Shown here: one piece after another, positions 29,966 through 40,316 of the stretch | How positions within the stretch are numbered: the first letter of the stretch is position 1 | Layout of the letters: every line of letters begins with the position of its first letter | From: Carpediemonas membranifera BICM | Lineage: Eukaryota > Protista > Fornicata | Reading direction: 5' to 3' | DNA: 64,000 nt | Assembly (NCBI GenBank): GCA_019828565.1 | Contig: JAHDYR010000004.1 | Coordinates: 62,001-126,000 of the forward strand | Program-made: the position numbers and the translations under genes | The notes under the pieces: generated by a model | What the model was told of the DNA's origin: nothing | The model's input: the letters and a program-made list of their open reading frames with translations, nothing else | Databases searched by the model: none

Positions 29966-32900
29966 CCCTCCATCAAGTCGCCAGAGATCGAGGAGGTCTG
30001 CGCCCAACCCACACTCGGCGCCGACATCCGCCTGCCGTCCGACGACTCGCCCCTCTACCTCGCCGACCTGGCGCGGGTCGTCATCCACATCCTCGCCACG
30101 GGCCTGCCCCGCTCCTTCAAGATGAGGCTGGCCTTCCCTCCCGCGACAATCACGTTGGACAAGAACAGGTATTTCAAGACGAGCGCCGATAATTCTGAGC
30201 TGACAGAGCTGATCAAATCTTTCAACACCCACATATCTCAGCGTATGGCCGAGAAGATCCTCCGCGAGCTTTCAGCTGTCGTGAATACGATCACCGCCGA
30301 CTCGGCTCCGGAGTCCCTGCGCGCCTTAGTGCGTCGTCTCGACCAATACAAGAGCACCGCGAATGCAGCTGGGGATGGGCCCCGTTCGTCTGCCGTGCGT
30401 GACCCTGTTCTGCGGAGGCACCTCGCCGTGGCCGCGTTTGCCCAAGACTTCCTTGACCTCGTCGACGGGGGCATGAGCCCAAAGATCGCTGTCACCGCTC
30501 TGAAACACTCCGACGGTGCCACACCCGCCGACTATCACGACGCTTCGGAGCTCGTGCAGACCGCCATCGACGCGTTCATCGCCCAGCCGACGTCCCAGCA
30601 CGCCGAGCGTATTCCCACGAGCTACACCCACGCCGGCCTGATTCGCGCGCTGGCGTACACGAAGGAGTACATGGAGGACGCCGAGGAGGAGCTCGCCGAG
30701 TACCTGGCGGCCGTCCCCGAGCCTGACCCCCTCGCCATCCTCGTCGAGGCCCGGATCCGCGGGTCAGCCCCCCTCACGCGGTTCTTCTGCGAGACATTCC
30801 CGCAGCTGGCAGAGAGATTCGCGACGGCCGATGAGCGGTCAACCGACGACAACGAAGCCGAGCCTCAGCCGCAGCCGGAGTCAGAGGACGACCGCATCCA
30901 GCAGGCCTGGGAGCAGTACGGCATGGCCAGCGCCGCGATGGACGAGCTGCTAGCGATGAGCGGCATGCGCGCGCTGAAGAGGGAGTGCATCGACATCGCT
31001 CAGCAGATCCGCGTCCGCAACGACCCGCGCACTGCGCAGCTCTACGCCGCCACGCCGATGCAGCTCAACTTCATCCTCAGCGGCAACCCTGGCACGGGCA
31101 AGAGCACGTGCGCTAAGCTGATCCACCGCTTCCTGGCGGACATCGGCGCTCGCGATGACACGTTCACCGAGCGCAACGGCGGCACCCTCGCCGACACGTC
31201 GCCGCTGGACATCACGAAGGAGTTGGACAGCCTCTTCCCGGCCGGCTTCAGGGGCACCGTCTTCATCGACGAGGCCTACCAGCTGAACCCCGCCCAGAAG
31301 AAGTCGGGCAAGTCAGTCATGGACCGCATCCTGGACGTGGCCGAGACGCGCCGCGGCGACGTCACGATCATCCTGGCAGGCTACAAGGACGACATGAAGG
31401 ACCTGCTGGCGACGAACCCGGGTCTGAACAGCCGCTTCTCGCGCCAGTTCGTGCTCGAGGACTTCGACAAGGACACGCTGCAGGAGATGTTCACCCAGCT
31501 GGCGACCAAGCAGGGCTGGTCCCTCGCCCCGGCAGTTGCCGAGATCGCTGGCCGTCGCCTCGAGCGCTTCAAGTCGCGCGACACCTTCGCCAACGGCCGC
31601 ACCGTCCGCAACATGTTCAGCCAGGCCATCGAGGCTGCGGCCAAGCGCCTCATCTTGGGCGGCGAGCACATGCTGCTGCCCGAGGACATCCTCGGACCAG
31701 CGCCATCGGCCGACTCGAACCCCGAGCTGCGCCGTCTCCTGGCCGAGCTGGACGGCTTGACCGGGCTTGGCGAGGTGAAGGAGGCTGTCCGGGGTCTGCT
31801 TCAGACAGCGAAGGTCAACTACGACAACGAGCTCCACCTCCGCCCGCTGCACGCCTTCGCACTCAACCGCCTCTTCTTCGGAAACCCTGGGACGGGCAAG
31901 ACGACCGTCGCACGCCTGTACGGCCAGATCTTGAAGCACACGGGCCTGCTCAGCAGCGGCGAGGTCATCGAGAAGCGGCCCAGCGACCTGGTCGGCGACG
32001 CCGTGGGGCAGAGCCGGTCGAGAACGAAGGCCGCGATCGAGGAGGCGCGCGGCAAGGTGCTGCTCATCGACGAGTGCTACTCCCTCGACGACGGCGTGTA
32101 CGGCAAGGAGGCGCTTGACACGATCGTTGAGCGCGTGCACAACAAGCCCGGCGACGACATCGCGGTGCTCATGCTCGGCTACGAGGAGCCCATCCGCCGC
32201 ATGCTGCGCAACCAGAACGCGGGGCTGGCGAGCCGCTTCGACCCCGAGAGCGCGTTCATCTTTGCCGACTTCGACGACACCGCGCTCGAGGCCATCCTGA
32301 AGCACGCCATCGCCGAAAGCGGCCTCGCGTGCCGCAGAGCTGTCGTTGTCAACGCGATACAGCTGCTGGCCAAGGAGCGCGTCAAGCCCAACTTTGGCAA
32401 CGCCCGCGCTGTGGTCAACCTCGTGAACAAGGCGAAGCGCCACATGATCCAGCGCGATCCAACCTCGCGAAAGATCGCAGTTGCTGATCTCACGCAGGCT
32501 GACGACGGCAAGGACCCGTTCGAGCCGCTCGACGGCCTGTACAAGGTCAACCACATCCGGCAGAGGCTCGAGGACCTCGTCCGTATCAAGCAGGGCATGG
32601 AGCGGAACGGCAAGTCAGCCGCCTCAATGCTGGTCCGCAACTACGTCTTCTCGGGCTCCCCGGGCACAGGCAAGACGACCATCGCGCGGTGCATGGCCAA
32701 GATCCTCTACCGCCTGGGTGTGCTGGCAACCGACACGTGCAAGGAGGTCGTCGCACGCGACATGATGGCAGGCTACGTGGGGCAGACGCCGGGCCGAGTC
32801 AAGGAGCTGATGGACGAGGCGGTCGGCGGCGTCTTCTTCGTGGACGAGGCTTACGGCCTTGGAGAGGGCATGTTCGGCAAGGAGGCGATCGAGACGATGC

Positions 32901-33630
32901 TCAGCGAGATGACGTCGGACAAGCACAAGGGCAAGACCGTCGTCGTCCTGGCGGGCTACCGCGCCGATCTCGACCGCATGATGGACGTCAACGCCGGCGT
33001 CCGCTCGCGCTTCACCGAGCCGATCGACTTCCCCGACTGGTCGGCGGCCGACTGCACCAGCTTCATCGCGGGCAAGCTCGAGGGGGAGCACCTCAAGTTC
33101 GGCTCAAACGAGCAGGCCGCTCTGCGCAGCCACATCGAGGCCGTTGTTGGCCGGGCTTCCTGGGCCAACGCACGAGACGCCAACACGATCTTCGAGGACC
33201 TGCTACGCCAGCAGGCGATCCGCGCCGCTTCGGTCGTCGAGGCTGAACCTTCGATCGCGGCCGATGACGTCGACGCCGCCATGGTCAAGTGCAAGCGGAA
33301 CCACCCTGAGAGCGCCAGCCTGCCGCATCTCGTCGAGGAGCAGCCAGTCGCCCTCGCCACCGACAGCGAGGTCCAGCCCAGACGCGAGACGCGGCAGGAC
33401 GTCAGAGTTGAGCAAGTCGAGGAAGTCGACGAGACTGTCGATGTGGTGACTCGCGTTGAGCGCGACGAGGGCGTAACCGACGAGATCTGGGAGGAGCTGG
33501 AGCTGGCCAAGCGCGAGGAGCAGCGCCGTCGGGAGGAGGAGGAGCGGCGTCTGCGAGAGATCGAGGAACAACTCAAGCGTGAGAAAGAGGAGAAGGCGCG
33601 CCGCGAGCTCGAGCGCCGGAAACGGGAGGC
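29006..33630 (+). pseudogene. WD40-linker-triple AAA fusion gene (copy 2), interrupted in its coiled coil by an LTR retrotransposon
   Basis: One continuous frame from WD40 through three AAA domains; nearly identical to ~8620-12250; host sequence resumes at 43845. Confidence 0.88.
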
Positions 33631-33687
33631 TGAGAGCCAGTGCAGTTTATGTAAACAGATCTACCTGCGCAAGCCAACAATGGCACA
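33631..33687 (+). repeat. 5' LTR of outer element (57 bp)
   Basis: tgagagccag...caatggcaca, identical to 43784-43840. Confidence 0.95.
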
Positions 33688-33856
33688 ATATCGATATTCT
33701 GCTTCTACAGAATCACACAGTGGTCTATCCGTGATAGACGTCTCTTCCCTCACAACGGGGTACGAGATCTGGTTACGGGAAGTCGGTAACGTCAAAAGAC
33801 CCCGTTCTTTCCCCCCACGCATTCACGGCAAAGACCCTCGAGCTTCTACAAGCCAC

Positions 33857-34367
33857 ATGGCGGCCCACCTCCACGTTCCCGACCTTCGAGTCGTTCTGGG
33901 ACTCCCTTATCCCTGACGTGGTCTCGCAGGCACAACACGCCAAGCAAGAACCTGACAGACACGCCACGTCGTGCCGCGCAAGATACCGCGCGATCATCGA
34001 CGCTCTGCAGGACGATCTCTTCTTGCTCTGTGCTGCAGCCGCCAACACCTATAAGGACAGCCCGCTTCTCGACCCGGCGATGCGCCGGATGCAGGCTGTT
34101 TACGACCGCGCCGAGGCCGAGCTGAACGATAAGCTCGCCAGCCTCTGCACGGCCAGCCACGACCGCCACGAGGCGGACCCGGATGCGACCCTCACCTTCG
34201 CGACGCTAACGAACCCCCTGGACGACAAACCGGCCCGATCGGCCGCGGATGTCGCGAGAATCGTCAACTCTCTCCCGTCAGCGGCAACGGCCGCCCCCTC
34301 CGCCCCCGTGTCCGTGCGTGACCAGCTTCGCGCCGAGGCCAGGACCATCCTGCCTCACCTGTACCTT
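33857..34367 (+). CDS. gag: Outer element gag-like ORF, 5' part; resumes at 40317 after the nested insertion
   Basis: ATG 33857 with a probable 1-nt indel near 33911. The frame ...PHLYL joins TLMPTLDR (40317) in frame across the CCTT TSD. Confidence 0.6.
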
Positions 34368-34489
34368 TGTGGTTCAATGGGTGTTGAACTTTTACTGAGG
34401 AGAAGACTCGACACAAGGGTGTCGAGGAGAAACTCCTTGACTATTAAATATAACGTAAATCTGTGTAACTTTGGGTAGGACCCACAACA
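34368..34489 (-). repeat. 3' LTR of inner element (122 bp)
   Basis: Identical to 40191-40312; contains hairpins ctcgacac-aagg-gtgtcgag and aggag-aaa-ctcct. Confidence 0.95.
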
Positions 34490-35353
34490 CTGCCCCTCCA
34501 TGCCTGGTATAGGCATGACAGAGAGACTTGACGTCAGCATTTCACCAAAGGCCTGGACGGTGCCACCCGACCGCCAACGGTGACTCATAGGGCTGGCAAC
34601 CCCATGGCCTGAGTGCTTTCGCATCTAGCTGAACGAAATCAAAATGATGGTATCATGATCTAACTGCGGTACCGCTATGTGAGCTCTGTTTCAAAAATGG
34701 TGAAACGTGACGGAAAGGCTTACCACTGCCCCTCCACGGCCTTCCTAGGCCGTCTTCACAAACCTTATACGTGTTATATGCCATTCCATGTAATTCGAAG
34801 GCCAAGAACGATTGCTCTAGCAAACACTGCCAATGCTGAGCCCTTATCGCTCATAATCACACAGACGCCGAAAAACGTACTTAGAAGCTCCAATTCGGCT
34901 CCGTTGAGGAGTTCTGAGGCTTCTAATTTTCTGCGTCCAACTGTACTTGAATAACAACATCAAACTGACCGGAAGGAGCACTAGGAAGCTCCTAATGCCT
35001 TATTACCGACAATAAATGCATGCTTGAAGACTAAGATGACCTTGTTAGTTGTTCCTTCGACCGTTTCCGAGAAATGTGCAGGATATGTCGCCGTCAACTC
35101 ATTTGATGTCGGACAACACAGCCGTAGAGGCCGTTCTGAAGGAAATTCGTGCCAAAAATCACCGAACTTGGTGATGACGATCTGGCTAGGCCACTTATTG
35201 TTGCCCATACGTCCGTTTGTCGTTCCCTTCGCGCTCAGAAGTATCGTGGACGCAAGCGCATGGTCACCGACAATCTGTAAGTAACAAACATCAACCGTGA
35301 GGTTATATAGTCACCGCGTGCAAGCCTCAGAACGCATCACTCGCACCCTGACG

Positions 35354-36190
35354 ATGACGACTCTGATGCCCCACGACATCAAGGCCGAGGTTGCCCGACG
35401 CCTGGAAGGTTACACCAACTCCATCGAGCTGCCGCTCCAGCGAATCTTTGACGCTATTGAGCAAGGTCGTCTGAACGACGCAGCCGTAGTGCAGGACGTG
35501 AAGCTGACCCAGCAGGTCTTGGCTCTCGTGGCTCATTGCCAGGTCGCGCTTGCCGGTGTGAGGGCCCACCTCAAGCTCGGCAGGAAGCGCTTGTCCGATG
35601 GCGACATCGTGTCGGCCGCGATCCGGGGCCGCGACATCACGCTGGGTGGATCTTCACCCGGTAATGGTCACTACTCTGCAGCTCTCGTGGCGGCTGTGCG
35701 GACTGCCGGCGGGGTCAAGTCGGACACTACAGCGCGCGGATATCTTAACCGCCTGTTGGTCCTCGTCCTCGCACCGGACTACTTCCGTGTCGCTGTCTAC
35801 GGCATCAGCCGGCGCATCCCGGCTCCCAACGACTTCTGGGCAACCCTGGTCAGCCGCTTGTGCCACGACGGCTACCTGCCCGCCATTGGCGATGAGGCTC
35901 ACTGGGAGCCGCTTCAGGTCTCTGATCCGGACCGCTACTACACTGTCACGTGCGTAGTCCGTCACGAGTATCTGAAGACGACTTGTGGTCCCGGGTCTTT
36001 TGTGTTGATCCTGCAGTATGACGGATACTCGGGACTCAGCATCGTGTCCCTCAACGCTGATCTCTGCCTTGTCCGGTGTGTGCGAGAGTACTTGGCTGAG
36101 AACGCCCTTGAGCGCCACGCTGACCCGACTTGGTTGGTCGAGCTGACGGACACGGAGGAGACGGAAGACGAGGAATCTAGCTCTGAATAA
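35354..36190 (+). CDS. Antisense accessory ORF of the inner element (278 aa), chromodomain-like C-terminus plus acidic tail
   Basis: Intact ORF between pol and the 3' LTR, converging on the pol stop with a 42-bp gap; pattern YYTVTCVVRH...LILQYDGY...VREYL. Confidence 0.7.
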   Translation: MTTLMPHDIKAEVARRLEGYTNSIELPLQRIFDAIEQGRLNDAAVVQDVKLTQQVLALVAHCQVALAGVRAHLKLGRKRLSDGDIVSAAIRGRDITLGGSSPGNGHYSAALVAAVRTAGGVKSDTTARGYLNRLLVLVLAPDYFRVAVYGISRRIPAPNDFWATLVSRLCHDGYLPAIGDEAHWEPLQVSDPDRYYTVTCVVRHEYLKTTCGPGSFVLILQYDGYSGLSIVSLNADLCLVRCVREYLAENALERHADPTWLVELTDTEETEDEESSSE

Positions 36191-36232
36191 ATCGTTTGTT
36201 CCTCGAGGATACAGCTTCGATGTTGAGAAGTT

Positions 36233-39200
36233 TTACAGACCGTCACGCTTGGCTTGGTCAGACTTCAAATATGTATCGAGGGCTTCCAAATCTTTGACGT
36301 GCGAATAAGGTTCGAATGAAGCCTCTGAATCCTCGAATCCGACCCAGTGTACGAGGTACTCGCGCCTTGACTTGGGGCCCGAGCCTCTAGAGCGTGAGAT
36401 GCGCTCGACATGCCACTCATCGACGGAAGCGGCTGCGAGGTCATAGATCTGTTGCTCCGAGAGCTTGCCTGGGTCAAATCTTCGCACACGTGCCGCGTCT
36501 ACCTTGATAGTTGGACCGTCCGCTGACTGACTGAGGTCTTGTACCTCATATGCGACGACAACACCATCACGTTTGACGGCTGCGACACGCCTCATGGGGC
36601 CGCGCCAGCCCGGGGCTAGCTTGCTCGGTGGTCTTGGGTAGTATTTGACCAGCACGAAACGGCTCAATATCTCGCTTCTCGATGAGGTTGCCTTTGCGAG
36701 AGCGTCTTCGCGCATGGCTCTAATCCTTGCTTTGGCGAGTTGGATGGCGGCATCGGCTGCGGCTAGCTTCGACTGTGGCGGACCAGCCGAGGCGGCATCC
36801 GTGATATAGATCGATGACGGTATTGATAAATTGGCGCCAAACATGATCTCGGCCGGAGTCAACCGGGTCGGGATCCTGGGCATTGAGTTGACCAAGAATT
36901 GGGCGACTGGTAGGTGTGCTACCCAATCGTTATTCCTTAACTCCAGCTTCCTGGCTCTGAGGATGCGTTCGACCTCCTTGTTCGCGCGTTCGACGACACC
37001 GTTGCTCTGGGGATGGTATGCTGTCGTTATGTGGACGTCGAACCCCATCTCTTCGGAGAGGCGTTTGAACAGAGCGTTTTTGAACTCTGAGCCCCCATCC
37101 GATTGGACGACTTCGGGGCATCCGTATCGTAGAATCCAGGTGTTGACCAATGCGTTGGCTGCGTCTTTGGCTGAGGTGCTGTTGACCGGGACTAGCTCTG
37201 TCCAGCGGGAGCACATGTCGATCATTACTGTCACGTAGGACAGGCCGTTGACCGTCGGTAGCGGACCCATGGTGTCAATGGCCACACGCCGGAACGGGAG
37301 GTCTACAGCTGTATGCAGGCCGTCGGGTGTATCAACAGGAGGGCGGGCCAAGACTTGGCACTCTGGACACGCGGTAATCACGTCGTCTACGACTTGACGG
37401 GAGACAGACAAACCGTCGGCCCTAAGTTGCTCGGTTGTCATCCGGCGAGACAGATGAGCTCCTGCTGTGAGATGAGCGCGGGATACCTGATCCCTCGACG
37501 CCTGTTGCATGGAGAATACTCTCGAGAGACCGTCGGCTCCACCGTTGTCCAGACCGGCGATGTGCTGTAGGGTGAAATCTAAATCGGCGATCGAATCAGC
37601 CCACCGGCGGACCTTGGCGTTGGTGGACCGGTACATATAGAGTAGGTTCCGGTGATCCGTGAGAATAGTAAAGCTCTCCCAGCACAGGAACTTGCGCCAT
37701 CGTTGTAACGCTGCCACGATAGCGTAGGCTTCTTTCTCACCGGTACACCAGCGTGACTGGACGTCGTTGAACGCACGCGACATATAGCAAACTGGTCGGC
37801 CCTCTTGGAGTAAGACTGCTCCGTACCCGACATCGGATGCGTCAGTCATGACGGTGTGAGGCTTAGTCGCGTCGAACATGGCTAGAGCGTCGGCCGAACA
37901 TAAAGCTTGTTTCAGATCGTCCAGCGACTTCTGAAGAACGTCTCGAGGGGGTCTGCCGACCGGACATGGCGTCTAGCAGAGGCTTAGCTCGGACCGCGAA
38001 GTTGGGTATGTAATCGCGGAAATAGTTGAGGAATCCGTTGAGACCCTGCATGCCCTTCGTGGATGAAGACAGCTTGAGGTTCGCGATATCTTCGGTCCGC
38101 TGGGGTGAGATCTTCACGCTGCCTTGGGATATGATCCACCCGAGGAACTCGACCTCTTGCCGACCGAACTGGCACTTATCTCGGCCGAGCTGAAGGTTAA
38201 GCTTGTCAACGCGTTGCATGACTTTTTCGAGGTTTCCCAGGTACTCGTCCTCATCCGCACCCATGACGATGATGTCATCAATGTATATGACACAGGCGGA
38301 GCCCACCAGACCCTTGAACCCGTCTTCCATCGCCCTCTGGAAGTACGCTCCGGCGTTACGTAAGCCGAAGGGCATCCGTGTATATTGGTATTGACCAAAA
38401 ACAGTACGGAAGGCGGTTAGGTGACGGCACCGTTCAGTAAGAGGGATCTGATGGTATCCTGCTGACAAGTCTAGGGTAGCGAACACAGACTTTCCGGACA
38501 GTTGAGTGAGAACTTCGTCTATGCGAGGGATGGGGTAGTCGAATGGTTCCGTTAGTTGATTGATCTCGCGGAAGTCGACGACAAAACGCGTCTTTCCCCC
38601 CTTCTTTGGAACTATGATGGTAGGGCTCGCGTATTGAGACTGGCATGCCTCGATGTAGCGCTTTGCCAGGAGCGTATTAATGTGCTCTTGAATGATCGGG
38701 ACTTTCGGCGGGGGAACATAGTACGGCCGAATGTGTACGACTCTGTCGCCCTTGAGGACCAAATCATACGGTTCGAGCCGGCTTGGCTCGGTACGGTCCA
38801 CGAATGTCCGGGCGTAACGCTTGAGGATGTCGGCCTGCCTCTGAGAAAAGGAAGAGGACATGGCTCTGGCTTGCGCGACGTACTTCTCGAATGTAGGTGG
38901 TTCGTCGCTGGCTGCGAGCTCGCTGGTAGGCTCAGACAACGAAGGGAGAAGGCCGATCTCCACCATCTGAGGGTAACCCAGGCATACATCGAAAGCGGTC
39001 GACAGGACGTAGGCCTTAATAGTGATAGAGCATCCGCGCGGAGTGAATGGCGAGGGCGCTAAGACGAGGCGGAAGGATACCTGACCCTCGGCCTCTCTGA
39101 CGCCGCCCACTGTCTCGATAAGTGTCTTCTCGTGTGAGATCCACTTCACTGCCTTGCCGTAGCAGAGCTTGGGGTCAATGGTTGCGCAGTCAGCGCCCGA

Positions 39201-40169
39201 GTCGAACAGGACGGACACGACTTGCTTAAGAATGCTAGCCTTGACGGTGGGAAGGACACTCTGACGGGAACCGAGAGAAAACACACAACGAGCTGAATTT
39301 ACCTCAGAACGGCAGAATTCAGCTCGGTGGCCCGGCTTCTGGCACTTGGAACAGGTTGTCTTCGGAGCAGGGCATCGGCGAGCGGAGTGACCGACCTTAC
39401 CGCAGTTGAAGCACACGAATGGCTTCTTCTCGTGCTTGGGCTTGTCGATCGGCTTGCCTTTTGAGGGGGCTACGTTCGTGCGGTCAGGCTCGCGTCGATG
39501 AGGGTTCTTCGGACCGCTCCCCGTGTGCCGTGTATGGGAGGGCGTGGTGTTGGTACGCTGTGAGTCGGAGACCCCCGCAGCGCCGAAGGAAGCGATCATC
39601 TCCTTGGACTCCTTGAGGTCGCGTGACATGACGAGGACATCAGCCATTGCGTCCTTGAGATCCTTGCGCTCCGTTGATTCTCTGACTCGATACATGATGC
39701 GACTGTTGTTGGGGAACTTGAAGCAGCGGCTGTACGTCTCCTTCAAGACGTCCTCGGGATCTTCGGGTTGAACGAGCTTCAAGAGCAGATTGAATCGGCG
39801 GTTCACTCGAGCAACCTCATCAGGCTCGAAGGACTTGGCGGGGACTCGGAAGAGCTGTAGACGCATGCTCGGGCGAGAAGGTCGAAGGGCAGCACCGAGG
39901 CGCTTGAGGACTCGTTCATCTTGGGCTGCGACACGACGTTTCTTACGGAGCTTCGCGGAGAGCAGGAGAGGAGTGTCTTCAACCTCTTCGTCGTCGTTAA
40001 GGCCTGCTAGCTCTGCTATGCTAGGCTCGATGAGGTCAATAACATCATCGCGGCCGCCTAAGGCGCGATGATCGTGGAGGTTATCCGCAAAGTCCAAAAG
40101 AGCGTCCATGGAGGACTTCTTCAGGAGAGGCGGATTCTTCTTCAGGCTTCTGTAAGTTTCCGTACCCAT
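36233..40169 (-). CDS. gag-pol: Inner element Gag-Pol (2 CCHC knuckles, protease, RT, RNase H, integrase, chromodomain); one +1 indel at 37947-37951
   Basis: CFNCGKVGHSARRC, CSKCQKPGHRAEFC, LFDSGA, YIDD, TDASD, TDHRNL, H..H..CPEC, IDTMG/SDGG/VVER, EWHVERI..YLVHWVGF. Removing one C gives TPRDVLQKSLDDLKQAL in frame. Confidence 0.93.
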
Positions 40170-40190
40170 ATGTTTTGGTAGTACTAGTAC

Positions 40191-40312
40191 TGTGGTTCAA
40201 TGGGTGTTGAACTTTTACTGAGGAGAAGACTCGACACAAGGGTGTCGAGGAGAAACTCCTTGACTATTAAATATAACGTAAATCTGTGTAACTTTGGGTA
40301 GGACCCACAACA
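40191..40312 (-). repeat. 5' LTR of inner element (122 bp)
   Basis: Ends 21 bp before the gag ATG (40169). Confidence 0.95.
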
Positions 40313-40316
40313 CCTT

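Larger units (their letters stand above)
34368..40312 (-). mobile_element. Inner (nested, opposite strand) Ty3/Gypsy chromodomain LTR retrotransposon, 5945 bp
   Basis: Identical 122-bp TG...CA LTRs (34368-34489, 40191-40312), CCTT TSD at 34364-34367 and 40313-40316, PPT tggaggggcag on the minus strand at 34490-34500. Confidence 0.95.

Noticed and set aside
33721-33738. TGG-starting sequence as a tRNA PBS for the outer element
   Set aside because: It lies 33 nt from the LTR and is part of a hairpin; a PBS normally sits within a few nt of the LTR.
37940-37955. Programmed ribosomal frameshift in the inner pol (also breaks at ~42000 and ~43100-43200 in the outer pol)
   Set aside because: The breaks fall inside RT/RNase H/integrase rather than at gag-pol. 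The inner one is in a homopolymer, and similar indels hit housekeeping genes such as CAPZB, so they are most likely sequencing errors.
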